Origin: Carcharhinus longimanus
Taxonomy: Eukaryota
Assembly: GCA_030264375.1 (NCBI GenBank)
Contig: JASCQW010000081.1
Location: forward strand, 73,866,029-73,929,756
DNA length: 63,728 nucleotides
Direction of reading: 5' to 3'
Shown here: piece by piece, positions 12,901-25,699 of the stretch
Position numbering within the stretch: the stretch's first letter is position 1
Layout of the letters: every line of letters begins with the position of its first letter
The notes under the pieces: generated by a model
Database searches by the model: none
Told to the model about the DNA's origin: nothing
The model's input: the letters and a program-made list of their open reading frames with translations, nothing else
Made by a program: the position numbers and the translations under genes

Positions 12901-14358
12901 TTACATTATGATTCCAAGAAGGAATTGGTACTCACCTGTGATGTGTCCCCATATGGAGTAGTGCAGTTCTGGCACACAGAATGGACAAAAGCAGCCAATA
13001 GTGTGTGCCTCCAGGACTCTGGCAATGGTAGAACAAAGATATGCCCAGATTGGAAAGGAAAGACTGGTGGTAATCTTTGCAATCAAAAAATGTCACCGGT
13101 GTTTATATGGGTGAAAATTTACAATCGTAACAGATCATAAACCCTTGCTGGGACTACTGAAGGAAGACAAAGCAGTGCCACCGATAGCATCAGCCTGGAT
13201 CCAGCATTGGGTCTTATTGCTGGCAGCATATCAGTATCGATTGGAGCAACGACCAGGGACTAGAATGGCAAATGCCGATGCCTTAAGCAGGCTACCATTA
13301 CCGGACATCCCATCATTGATACTCAGAATGGAGGAGACCGTTTCTGATGATAATAGATGCCCATTCCAAGTGGTTAGATGTCTATAAACTAAATTCGGCA
13401 AACATGATGGCAGCCGTTGAGAAACTACGCAGCTCATTCGCAATGCATGGGATCCCAGAGGTATTAGTTTCCGATAATGGTTCAGTGTTCACCAGCCTAG
13501 TTAACAAAATTAATGAAATCAAATGGAATCCGGCATATCAAGACGGCACCTTATCACCCTACATCAAATGGGCGAGCAGAGAGAGCAATCCAGACGTTAA
13601 ATGCTGGGTTGAAAAAACAGCCAGCGGCCTCAATAGAGACAAAACACTCAAGGTGGTTATTTGGCTATAGGACCACTTCACACACCACCACTGGAATGGT
13701 GCCAGCAGAGTTACTGATTGGCAGATGGTTTCACACCAGACTGAGCCAATGGCTGCCAAACCTGGGAAGAAAGGTAGAAAGACACCAGGAAGCTGAATGC
13801 AGGGGCCATAACAACACTTGCCGAGAGAGGCACTTTGAAGTGGGAGAGAGAGGGTTTGGGTCAGAAATTATGAAAATGGACCTGCCTGGATAACCGGAAC
13901 AGTCGTGTCCAGGACCGGATCGGTACCCTACCAAGTACATATAGGCGAGGCGGTGGTAAGCAAACACCTGGACCAGGAGCAAGCCTCAAGTTCTCCACCT
14001 GTTCCAGAGCTGAGTCTGCCCTACAGCAGCCCTCAGGATGAGCAGAGCCCCCCTCAACAAACCAGTATCGCCTCCTCCTGCACACTTGATGGGGACACTG
14101 TCCGAAATGGATACGGGACAAAGCTGCCGTGATTTCCCCTGCCACCTGAAGTGGATGAGGAACCAGACTCTGGCGTTCAGGGCCAAAGACAGGGGCATCA
14201 GAGTTGGAGGCTCCTGATCCAGCGCTCAAGCGGAGGAAAAGACCCCTGAGGGAAGCAAATCGAGGGGATTCCTCAGAATTTTGGGGGAGAGCCAGACTAA
14301 TGTATGGTGTAAATAAAGTAGCTTGGTGAAGGACTCTTGCTTCCGTGGAGTTATTACA
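9955..14358 (+). mobile_element. Degenerate Ty3/Gypsy LTR retrotransposon (Mag-like) with both ends present
   Basis: Starts TG (9955), ends CA (14358), flanked by AGGAA at 9950-9954 and 14359-14363. Shared LTR end ...CTTGGTGA...CCGTGGAGTTATTACA at ~10660-10708 and ~14301-14358. PBS-like GTGGAGACGAGG at 10709-10720; PPT-like TTGGGGGAGA at 14281-14290. Fragments in Gypsy order: gag (EDWARYVE), protease (VVDAGAAV), RT (KYPIPRFEDL), RNase H (LTCDVSPYG; NADALSRLP), integrase (IIDAHSKW, VSDNGSVFTS, APYHPTSNGRAERAIQT). Many stops and frameshifts. Confidence 0.92.
10015..10538 (+). mobile_element. L1/Tx1-like LINE 3' fragment inserted in the Gypsy 5' LTR
   Basis: NLLLGLVRHAIDRSR...DCL resembles a Tx1 ORF2 C-terminus and is followed by a T-rich 3' UTR. 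Flanked by CCTGATGAA at 10006-10014 and 10539-10547. Confidence 0.6.
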
Positions 14359-14711
14359 AGGAACAAGTTTGATGCTCCCTCCCTCACTGTCCATCTGCGT
14401 CTGATTCATCTTGAGCCTCACGATGTGGAGGTAGAACTGCCTCCTCTTATTCTCCTTATAATCCTGGAATCGATCATCATTATGGTGTATTCCTGATCCT
14501 GTCTCACCCAAAACTCATTACCTGTGATGACAAATCAGGACTTAAAAAGGACATGGACAAGTTGAAGTGGGCAGTTAGATGGCAGATGAAGTTCAATGGA
14601 GAGAAGTATAAGATGATGCATTTTTGGTAACGTTCTTAAAAGGGTGTTGGAACAGAGTGTATCTGTGTATTAGTCATTGAAGGTAGCAGGACAGGTGCAG
14701 AGGGCAGTTGA

Positions 14712-15500
14712 TGTAAGTGTTCGGAAAATGCAGGTAATTTTAAGGGATTTATATTTATATTGGTCAACAGTGGAAACTGGTTTAAGGAGGTTTAATTTAA
14801 TGTTCCGGTGCTTGGAAAGTTAGATTCATGCTGGACGCTTGGGGTTGGTTTCAACTCCAACAGTGATTCTATTGTGCATCGAGAGGGCTACAGCGTGAAA
14901 AGGAAATAAACCAGCAGTGGTTGCTTAGCAACTAGGACCTCCTACGATAGGGAAGCTTTTAATTTTTAAGTTAGTTAATTTGATTGCAGTTGGAGATAGG
15001 TAGTGAGAGAGATAACAAGTTTGACGGTTCTGCTAGAAGCAGTTGGTTTTAGAAGGCTAGAGGGAACACCTCTCTCAGCCTTGCTTAAAGAAAAGCCATG
15101 CTATGGAGTAATGGTTGAGAAAACAAATGCCAGAACCTAAAGTCCAACTAGTTAAGGAGACGAGAGAAATGAAGAGAAGCTTCTAAGATGTCCAGAGTTA
15201 ATGGAAGAGAGGAAACTGGGAGCCAGAATATATTATTGTTCATTAAAGCCACAGAATAGAAAAGGCAGTGGATGATGCAAGACCAGAAAAATATCTGCAG
15301 TAGTACCAAGGTTTGTGAGAACTTTCTAAAATTTGGGAGACATTATTTGAAATAATTGTGGAAATTGGTGGCTGGACCGCAGCGTTTGTGTAAAAGCCTT
15401 TTAAGACGAAGAAAACCTGAAAGTGAAACTTTGATGGGAATAGCATGGGAAAGCAGAATTTTAAAGAAGACTTGAAAGTGTGATTTTTTGAAAACTAAGG
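14712..15500. repeat. Unclassified interspersed repeat, possibly LTR-derived
   Basis: 15250-15500 aligns by eye with ~23830-24120 (GTTTGTGAGAA...TTTGGGAGAC.TTA.TTGAA..AATTGTGGAAAT..GTGGCTGGAC). No coding signature. Confidence 0.45.
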
Positions 15501-15959
15501 TGGCACAGTGGTTAGAAGGAAAGTTGGTGCAAACTCGATAGTTTGAATAGCCTCTTTATCCACTCTAAGGATTCTATGGTTTTATTTTGCAGAAATATAC
15601 TTTATTCATATCTGAAAGACATTACAAAACATTTTCAATGATCATAACAGTGCAGTTCAACAATATTTATATTTTCTCCTGAGGTCAAAATTCATGCTGA
15701 GTTCAGTTTGAGAACATTACTCATATTTCAATATTTTCATGACCAAGTCTAAAATTACTTATCAATTACGTACATTGGTCATGTACCACTCTGAGGTGCT
15801 TCAGTAAAGTTACACACTCTTAGAAATATACATACTATTATATTTTGTTCGAGTTACACCTGAACCGTGTTATGAATAAAGGTTGCTATGATAAAAAGAT
15901 CCCTAATTTATCAGTGCAATTACTCCTTTCTCTCACATTTATGCCAAAATAGAAATATT

Positions 15960-17378
15960 ATTGGGGGTCTACTCTGTTTTCATAATACACCTTGAGGTTT
16001 CTTATCTGGCATCCTAACAGTGGTGGTAAAGCATCTGTGGACTGTGATGTAGGTGAATAATTTATTGATGAGTTTGCTATGCTAATTTCTATGCTATTGC
16101 CTGAACAAATTTTCAGTGCTGATGAAATGAGTCTGTTCTGGCAGTAGTCCCTTGGAAAACTCTCAGCAATGGCTGAGGCGAATACGCCAATGGGTGTGTG
16201 GGGTATGAAGGATAGGTTGACTGCTCTTCATTGTGCCAGTGAGGCTGGCTAGCACAAATGTAAATTGAATGTCATGAAGAAGAGTCCATATCCTCGGTAT
16301 TTCAAAGGTAGTTGGACATTATCTGTTCTCTACTATGCTAATCAGTGTTTGGGTAACCAGGGACATATTTTCTGATTGGTTTGTATCTGAGGCATGTGGA
16401 TATTGTTGGATAGCTGGACTTGAAGAAAACAGTAAAATCATGTGGTTCCTGGGCAGTTGTTCAGCAAGTAGCCCTGCTGAACTGCTGAAGAACTTTTGCT
16501 GCTTATTTTGCCCCACCCAGCGTGAATTTAATTGACTGACCAAAGCATTGTTCAGTCCATGAAATGTAAATATTAAGACTGCTTCTTGAATGTTATTCTA
16601 AGTGCTGGGAATAAAGGCCTGCGAGTTAAGGATACTATCTATTATTGCCAGTACTTGGTTGATAAAGACACCTTGACCAATGACTGGTTCAAACTTTGGC
16701 CCGCAACAATGTTCATTGAAGATGCTAATATTAAGGAAGACTTTGTAGGTTTTCCTGTGAATAATGGAAACAGTCTGATTGACCAACCATATTAGTATGC
16801 AAAAGGAATATCAGTTGGATGCGTGAATATGCTGGAGGCCCCAGATGTGGAGGAAGTGTTTAACGTTAACAATGCTCTTGCAATGCATTCTTTGACTGAT
16901 GAACAGATGGCAGAAATCGAGAACAACTTGTAAATAAAGTAGTGAATGTGGTAGAGAAAGTGCCCATAGGTCACAATATTAAAATGTGTGATAGATCTAC
17001 ATGAACCACATGCATTTATAAGTGAGCAAGAAGTATGTCAATCTCTCAATGAAAAGACAAAACTTATGAAACAAAAACCAATGTCGCTGAGGCATATGAA
17101 GCTGGGGGAAGTATTCAAGAATGCTTCCAGCAAAGCACATCAACATTCTGCTCCTCTCCTACAAACAGAATTATAGATGGCATCACAGATGGGAACTTAC
17201 TGCAGCTACACCATATTTACTATTCGATGATGTATTTTTCTAGCCATTTTATTGACATTAGATGACAGCTAGTCTATTGTAATGCAAGTGAGCCTAGTCC
17301 TAGATATGTTATTCAGAAACCAAAATTCTCTGAAACATAGTAGTCCCCAAGGATTTTGAACAATGGATATTCAACCTG
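15960..17378 (+). mobile_element. Decayed Tigger/pogo (TcMar) DNA transposon with right TIR
   Basis: Frame-broken transposase motifs EQIFSADEMSLFW, KDRLTAL.CA and WVTRDIFSDWF...SASSPAELL. Terminus ...GGATATTCAACCTG at 17365-17378 resembles a Tigger-type TIR (CAGGTTGA-TATCC on the other strand). Confidence 0.75.
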
Positions 17379-17772
17379 CACGACACTATTTCAAATCCTC
17401 AAGTGCCCTTTCCAAAATCTTGTTGTTGCAACTGAAAGCAGATGTCAAAACAGAAGTGAATAGATTTTTGGGCCCTCAGAATTAAAGCATATGGGGATAT
17501 TTAAGAACCATGGAGAAGATGAGTCATAACCAATGGCAGAGCAGGCTCAATGACCTACATTAGCTCCTATTCCTTATGTTATAAATGGATCTACATATTA
17601 TGACATTGCATTCAAAAAAGTTGCTAATGCGTGTAAAATGACCACAATAAAGCAACATAACGGTTGCCTGAAAATAACGGTTGAGTTTGAAATCAAAGAT
17701 TTGTTTACAAATTACACTCAGCATTGTCAGGTTTTGAGTGATTGCATCTCCTTCTGTGTTGCTGTCAAATAG

Positions 17773-17958
17773 GTAAATGCACTAAGACGACAGGAAAGAA
17801 TGATTAAGAACCGTGAATCAGCATGCTTGTCCCGGAGGAAGAAGAAGGAATATTTGCTGAATCTTGAGCACAGGCTGAAATCTGCACTAGTTGAAAATGC
17901 GAAGCTGAAGAATGAAAATGGTTCTCTTCAAAAGCAGCTCCAAGAGCTGATGTCAGAG
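17773..17958 (+). CDS. ATF6: ATF6 exon encoding the bZIP domain (equivalent to human exon 8)
   Basis: AG at 17771-17772, GTAAGT at 17959; 186 nt, phase 0/0. Translates [62 protein letters not shown], matching the ATF6 basic region ([17 protein letters not shown]) and leucine zipper. Confidence 0.95.
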
Positions 17959-20254
17959 GTAAGTCATGTTCCAACTGACTTCAGTGCAGAATAATTTTGA
18001 GTCTGAACATTGAGTTCACTGTAGGTTGAAAAGCTGATTTTTGGGTCATGGAGGTCACGATAGTGTCATTGAGAAGACCTAGCTTAACTTCAGTCAGTGC
18101 TAAAAATATTTTTTCAAGTTATAATTTGTCACAAATGTCACAAAGCACAGCACATGCAATTAATTACTTTCAAATGTGGTGCCTGTTAAATGTATAAATG
18201 TGGCAATGATTTTGCAAACAGTAAGATTCCATAAGCATCTGAGATCAAGGGACACTCGAGCAATATTTGATCAAGGCACAAATGTTTGCTAGAATATTGG
18301 CACAGAATCACACTCTTTTGTGACTCGTGCCATTGGCTTGCTGGTACCTATGGTTGAGGCAGGCAGGGTTTCAGTTTAACATGTCCAATAAAGGGCAGCT
18401 CATTTCACAGTGCAGCAATGGTTCATTGCAGTGTCAGTTAAGATTGTTCTCCACGTTGCTGGAGAAAAGACTTCGCACCGTTAGTTGAGTTGCAGTCATT
18501 TACATAATATTATACTATTTGGGTGCCATCCAAGTGTTCATGGAGTAACTTGCCTCACTAAATAAAAACCAGTGCACAGTGTGTTTTATTATGACATGAA
18601 TAAATTAGCTACATAGATTGTTAGTAAAACTCCAAATAAAGTTTTATAAGTGATTTTTCTGAAGGATTTCCACTGCTGTCTTTTGGGGTAAACTTGACTA
18701 ACTGATACGCACAAGGCAACATAAATCTGCAAGCATATTTCTGATGTTGAAATTATTTGTTATTGACCCATGTTCAGCCACAAGCTGTGCTTTATGTGGA
18801 GCTCAAAATATAGCTGGAACTTTCTCCTGATGTAGCTGGTTTCACAGTGATTTGTTTGGTCCAATGGTTTTCTGCTCTGGCTTCAAAAAAGTCATCACGT
18901 TGCACCGTCAGGAACAGCCAAAGAGTTTGTTCACTGCATAAATGTCATAATGCTCAGGGGCTATTGCATTGCAATTTGGACTATTGTGCTGTTCAAAGTG
19001 CAGCTTCCCTACCAGTTAGGGCAAACTGGCAACTCACTGAGCTGAACCAGGATGCATCTCAACTCATCTGCTGTTGATACTCTCAACTATTCCTTTGTTT
19101 CTTCTAAGACTTGACTATTCAAATGCTGTCATGGCCAGCCTCTCATTTTCTAGTCTCTCTCAGCTTGAGTTAAGAACATAAGAACATAAGAAATAGGAGC
19201 AGGAGTAGGCCATCTAGCCCTTCGAGCCTGCCCCGCCATTCANNNNNNNNNNNNNNNNNNNNNNNNNNNNNNNNNNNNNNNNNNNNNNNNNNNNNNNNNN
19301 NNNNNNNNNNNNNNNNNNNNNNNNNNNNNNNNNNNNNNNNNNNNNNNNNNNNNNNNNNNNNNNNNNNNNNNNNNNNNNNNNNNNNNNNNNNNNNNNNNNN
19401 NNNNNNNNNNNNNNNNNNNNNNNNNNNNNNNNNNNNNNNNNNNNNNNNNNNNNNNNNNNNNNNNNNNNNNNNNNNNNNNNNNNNNNNNNNNNNNNNNNNN
19501 NNNNNNNNNNNNNNNNNNNNNNNNNNNNNNNNNNNNNNNNNNNNNNNNNNNNNNNNNNNNNNNNNNNNNNNNNNNNNNNNNNNNAAACTGGGTACTGTAT
19601 AATTATATGCACCTGAAAATAACAAGTATGAAAAATGAAAATGATAGCTAATATCACCATGTTATTTCTTAGATCCATTGCTCTGGTGGGACCTAAATGT
19701 TTGAAATTTAAAACACCTTTCTTGCTGGCAGATGGTCCTTTTAATTGTTTCGCTGAAGATTGCGCACTGCATGCTTTGAGAAATTTGCATAAAAGCTGAG
19801 CTGTGTTGGGAGGGTTCTGATACATGACAGGGTTATGTTTGGGAGGAAAAAATGAGTTGCCTGGCTGTCTTTATTTTATAGCCAATTTGGCTGGGAATGT
19901 TGAACAAATGGTTTAATGTTAAATGATCCAAAGTGAAGAAGCTTTGAAAGAAGTATATGTTTCTCCTGGGTTTTTCAAAAAAATCTAATGAGCAGCAAAG
20001 CGAAAACACAAAACAAAAAAAATTAAAAATTAAACTGCGTTCATGTCATGCAAAAGTATTTTTTGTTTGACTATAAAATGGCAGCACGTCGGTTTGTGGT
20101 GCACAAAGTGAAATTAGACAGTGTGTGTGCAGTTGATGTGAGGAGAGAGTGTTGAGATAAAAGGGGCCTAAAGCCAGATGAAAAAGAGGGTTTGATAGTT
20201 CAACGCACTTGAAATCGCTTGTATTTTTGATAAATGTAACCATTTCTCTTTCAG

Positions 20255-20346
20255 AATCAGCAACTAAAAGTTACTGCTCCAAAGCGCAGAGCTGTGTGCG
20301 CCATGGTATTGCTGGCCTTTATAGCACTCAGCTATTCTCCTGCAAG
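20255..20346 (+). CDS. ATF6: ATF6 exon encoding the transmembrane helix (equivalent to human exon 9)
   Basis: Pyrimidine tract plus CAG acceptor, AG|GTAAGT donor; 92 nt. Translates [30 protein letters not shown](S), against recalled human [31 protein letters not shown]. In frame with the previous exon. Confidence 0.95.
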
Positions 20347-21619
20347 GTAAGTTGCAGCACTTAAAATTTACTGCTTTAGTTACATATGTTGATGCAGGAA
20401 CTGGCACTGTTAAGAGACCAAGGAACTAACTGTGGAGATGTTTAAGAATTATATTTTACCCTGAAGAAAATTACATGGATGTATGAATAGTTGATAGCAT
20501 TGATGTTTTGTTGCGACAAGCTGCAAGAGTCCAGATTTTTAAGAGCTGTAACTTAATTAAAAGTTAGCATTACCACTTAAAGATAAGCTTCTTTAGTTGT
20601 AATCCTGCTATTTAATTCCCAGGAGTTCTGAGACCTTTGCATGAGCTTGTCAATATGTTTTAGGTCACACTTGAATTGGCAGATTGAATGAAAGCTCATA
20701 ATTGGATTGTGAGACCAAGATTTAAACAGGGAGCTGGTGTTTGGATGGTGGAAGAATAGCTTTTTTTTGAATGCTTGACCGGTGAATGCTCATAAAAGGA
20801 GGTAGCATCGACCGTGCATTAGAGAATTCAGTGCCATTCAGGAACAAAAAAATTGAGTTCAGTGGTATAAAACAGTTGTCACCCATTGAGCCATTTTGAA
20901 AATTGATTTGTCAGAGTTGTGGCATTGCAGTTTTTCTTCACTGTTTTTCCAGCAATTGGGACTTCGGCCGGGTGTGCTGCCCTTGATGTGGAAAATTGTG
21001 CTTATATTGGCATGTTTATTACTGTTCCTCAGATTTGAGTCAAATACTGTATAAATGATGCTGTTGAGTATCCCAATTATTTCCATAAAGGCAACAGAGG
21101 ATTGTTAAATTCCAATTTTCATCCGTTTCTCAGAACCTGAGTCAGACTTTACCAATCATTAAGTTTTGATGGAAAGTTGAGAAGGCTGCTGACCCCAGAC
21201 TGTTGCAGTACCTATTGATGTTTCATATTACTTTCATACTCCAAATCTAAACTCATGTTCCTCAATTCTTTAATGTGTTAGGAATCGAACCAGTAACTTA
21301 TCCAAGTGCTGACTGAGAAAGTATTTATGGCAAGTTTGAAGAGGTTGATCTAGGTTTAGGTTTGCAATCAAACTTGCTAATTTGGTTGTCTGGTAGTGCA
21401 ACAAAAGATGACCTTGCCACATCCAAATTATTAGTTCCTAATTATAAATGTGCATCATATCTGTTCCATACCCCTCTTCTTTTCAATTCGAGGGATGGAT
21501 GTTGGAAGTATGAATAAATTCCAGTAGCTTGAGTTTTTATTTGTTGTAATTGCTCCACACTGCAACCCTGATCTCCCTCCCTGCCCCAGAAGGAAAGAAA
21601 TTGCATTTCACAACCACTA

Positions 21620-21960
21620 GATGTACCAAAGCCAATAAAATATTTTCCAAGTGCAGCTATTGTTGTTATGTTTATATGCAGTGAGCTCTCATAAACAAAA
21701 ACCCAAACTATGCGTTTTTGTAATTGTGATTGAGGGATAACGATTGGCTCAGACACGGGGGATTGCTCCCCTGCTTCATTTGGGATAGTGCTAGGGGATC
21801 TTTCACATCCAACTGATGGGATGGGTGAGATCCTGGTTCAAGTTCTAATCTGCAAAATGACAGTACTGCACTGCAATGTCAGCTTTGAATTTTGCAGTGA
21901 AGTCCTGGAGTGGGACTTAAACTCTGTGACTCAGGTGAGAATGAGCCGCAGCTGACAAAC
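21620..21960 (-). mobile_element. Ancient SINE remnant, Deu/SacSINE-like
   Basis: GGGATAGTGCTAGGGGATCTTTCACATCCA...CACTGCAATGTCAGC...CTGGAGTGGGACTT resembles the recalled reverse complement of shark Deu-domain SINEs. Similar remnants at ~18140-18480 and ~38300-38425. Confidence 0.4.
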
Positions 21961-24109
21961 CAACAATTGAAGATTTAAGTTCCATTTCGTGATCTAAAGT
22001 ACTGAGATTATCATTGCTCTTGATAAGTTGTCATTGCTCTTGCAACATTGTACAGTATTACACAAAACACTGTGAAAAATTTGCCCAAAGTATACCACAG
22101 TATTAGCTCCTTACATTCTGTTCTGGCATTTAAAAAGTTAAAAACAAACCAGGACAGAATTTCTGCACAGAAATTGTGTCCCACCTTGTTATGTTATAAC
22201 AATTGGTTGGCTGATGCTTGGAACCCCACACTAATTACAGATAATTGTGTGGTTACTCTGTGTATGTATCTATTGGCAGCCCAGCAAATTTAATGACTAG
22301 TTGTTGAAGGCTTATTTATTTCTGGTCTCTTTCTTCTCCTTGAGTCTTTATCTGCCAGTTTTCCCTTGCAATCATTGAGTCTTTGGCTGAATCTATCTGA
22401 AATTTTCTTAGCATGTTCACGATGTTAGACAATTATGCAGTTGGTCAGGACAGAAGACCATGGAAGTGCATTAGAATTATTAACTGGCAAAGAAGTTTGC
22501 TTTTCCTGTAAATGTTTATCAGATTTATTTGCAGTTGAGCCTGAAACAAGAATAATGTTTTGCTACATTGCAACATAGAAGATCCTTGCAGTGGCATTAG
22601 TGTTGAACCAATTGCAGAAATTATGTTAAAGTTTGATATCCATGCTTTTATATAGCTATCAGGACACAGATAAAATTTTAAAATAAGTTCACCTTGGAGA
22701 CATCGGTAACACAGAAGCAAAAAAATCAAAAGTAAACAAAACTGGAACATTTCTACCAGCCTTTGCAAGTACATGAAAACCAAAAGCTCTTTTTAAATGA
22801 TCTTTTGGGTGAGTATTCATTTTACAAAAAGCAACAGAGTTAAATTGCAGGTTAAATTGCTTTTGATTTATTGCTTTCTCAGTTATCATTTTTTTCTTTA
22901 ACTTTGCACGTCCATCTTCTTGCAGCTCTAATATTTACATTAGTAAGATTTAAAAAAAAATTGCTTGTCTGCCCTTAACCTCATACTATTCCGTGTAATT
23001 TNNNNNNNNNNNNNNNNNNNNNNNNNNNNNNNNNNNNNNNNNNNNNNNNNNNNNNNNNNNNNNNNNNNNNNNNNNNNNNNNNNNNNNNNNNNNNNNNNNN
23101 NNNNNNNNNNNNNNNNNNNNNNNNNNNNNNNNNNNNNNNNNNNNNNNNNNNNNNNNNNNNNNNNNNNNNNNNNNNNNNNNNNNNNNNNNNNNNNNNNNNN
23201 NNNNNNNNNNNNNNNNNNNNNNNNNNNNNNNNNNNNNNNNNNNNNNNNNNNNNNNNNNNNNNNNNNNNNNNNNNNNNNNNNNNNNNNNNNNNNNNNNNNN
23301 NNNNNNNNNNNNNNNNNNNNNNNNNNNNNNNNNNNNNNNNNNNNNNNNNNNNNNNNNNNNNNNNNNNNNNNNNNNNNNNNNNNNNNNNNNNNNNNNNNNN
23401 NNNNNNNNNNNNNNNNNNNNNNNNNNNNNNNNNNNNNNNNNNNNNNNNNNNNNNNNNNNNNNNNNNNNNNNNNNNNNNNNNNNNNNNNNNNNNNNCCTAA
23501 TTGTGTAGGGCTATTTTCTGTAGATGTTTTTTGCCACTCTGATCCAGAACTAGATGCACGTCTGACTTTGTGGTTGTGGGGGAATTTTGAGGAGACTTTG
23601 AAGTTGAGGTGCAAATTATCCACAGAGCCTTGAATCCTACAAGAATTGCAACAAGTTAGTTTGTTGCTACTTGCCTTTGGTTTCACTATTCTCATTGTTT
23701 TAGTTGGACAAGGGTCCCCAGAGCATTACCCAGGATCTTTGGATTACTAGTTCACTGACAATACCACTGTCTCCCTATGGAGATGCCGAAGTTCTCCTGA
23801 AGGCTTTGGAGAGCAGCAGAACCAATGTCAGTAATGTCAGAGCGTTGAAAAGGCAATGGATCATGAGAAGCCAGAAAGTAGTGCTCAGGTTTGTGAGAAA
23901 TTACCACAGTTTGGGAGACGTTACTTGAAGCAATTGTGGAAATCAGTGGCTGGACTTCTGGAGTTTGTGTAAAGGCATTTAAGACAAAGCAAATCTGAAG
24001 GAAAAGGTGTTAACTCTGAAAGCAAAACCTCGAAGGAAGCAATGGAAGAAAAGCATAATGTGAAAGAAGATTTGAAAATGTGACTTCGGAAAGTGGAATT
24101 TGAAATCAC

Positions 24110-25350
24110 TCGTGTGGAAGTTCTTTGAGGAGGTAACAAGGAAGTTAGATAAAGGAAAGCCAGTGAGCATGATTTATTTAGATTTCCAAAAGACCTTTGA
24201 CAAGGTGTTATATAAGAGACTGTTAATAAGTTAAGAGTCCATGATGTTAAGGGTAAGATCCTGGTGTGGGTAGAGGATTGGTTGACTGGCAGAAAGTGGG
24301 GATAAAGAGGTCTTTTTTAGGATGACAGCTGGTGACTAGTGGTGTGCCTCAGTGGCCAGTACTGGGACCACAGTTTTTCATGATGTACATTGATGATTTG
24401 GAGGGAGAAACTGAAGGCACTTTTGCTAAGTTTGCAGATGATACAAAGATATGTAGAGGGACAGGTAATAGTGAGGAAGCAGGGGAACTGCAGAAGGATT
24501 TGGATACATTAGGAGAGTGGGCAAAGAAGTGGCAGATGGAATACAATGTGCCACAATACATAACCTCACACTTTGGAAAAGTGTGAGGTTATGTACATGG
24601 GAAGAAGGGATGGAGGCATAGACTATTTTCGAAATGGGGAATTGCTTAGGAAATTGGAAACACAAAGGTACTTCGGAGTCATTGTTCAAGATTCTCTTCA
24701 GGTTTATATGCAGGTTCAGTTGGCAGTTAGGAAGGCAAATGCAATGTTAGCATTCATGTCGAGAAGGCTGGAATACAAGAGCAGGGATGTGCTTAGGTTG
24801 TATCAGGCTCTGGTCAGACCCCATTTGGAGTATTGTGAGCAATTTTGGGCCCCATATCTAACGAAGCATGTGCTGGCCTTGGAAAGGGTCCAGAGGAGGT
24901 TCACAAAAATGATCCCTGGAATTGAAGAGCTTGTTGTATGAGGATTGGTTGAGGACTTTGTGTCTGTACTCGTTGGAATTAAAGGGTTGGATACTATGAG
25001 GCTGAGATACTGTGGACATGGAGAGGATGTTTCCATTAGAGAGAAAAACTAGAACCAGAGGGCACACCCTCAAGCTAAAGGGATGATCGTTTAAAACAGA
25101 GATGAGGAAGAATTTCTTCAGCCAGGATGTGGTGAATCTGTGGAACTCTTTGCCATAGAAGGCTGTGGAAGCCAGGTCATTGAGTGTCTTGAAGACTGAG
25201 ATAGATAGGTTGTTGATTAATAAGGGGATCAGAGGTTTGGGGAAAAGGCAGGAGAATGGGGATGTGAAATGTATCAGCCATGATTGAATGGTGGAGCAGA
25301 CTCGATGGGCTGAGTGGCTTAATTCTGCTCCTATGTCTTATAGTCTTATG
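24110..25350 (+). mobile_element. CR1 LINE 3' fragment (RT to tail)
   Basis: YLDFQK.FDKV, TSGVPQ..VLGP, KFADDTK, LVRPHLEYCEQFWAPY, LERVQRRFTKMIPG; ends TTCTGCTCCTATGTCTTATAGTCTTATG. Confidence 0.9.
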
Positions 25351-25699
25351 GAAGCCAGATGGCGTTCAGGGAAACATGGTGGCTCATGGTATGAGAACCA
25401 TTTGGGGGAATTTTGAGGAGAAATCCACAGATGTATTTTGGGTTTAGAGAGGAGTGTGTCTTACCACAGTCATCTTGCGTGCTGAAAAACAACTTTGTGT
25501 GTTAATGAGACCATCATAACTTAAGATGTTCTTTGTGATCCATGCTAATCTTAAAATATGTAAGTAATTGTTAACCTAAGGGGAGAGTGAAGGAGTATCA
25601 CCATCCAATTTTTGTGTTTTAATGTTTTTTCTTGTTGCTAATACTAAGTAGTGGTCCTGTGATTCTCTTCCTCATACTTAATAAATTTTAAAATTTGCA

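Noticed and set aside
13861-14511. 216-aa minus-strand ORF as a possible env-like or accessory gene
   Set aside because: It crosses the element's TSD boundary and lies antisense to the integrase tail and LTR; no motif seen.
17959-17994. ORF read-through giving a truncated soluble bZIP protein
   Set aside because: A strong GAG|GTAAGT donor and an in-frame next exon explain it; nothing in the sequence supports intron retention.
22940-23695. Long ORFs containing X runs (also 19170-19825 and 54171-54605)
   Set aside because: Open only because they run through N gaps.
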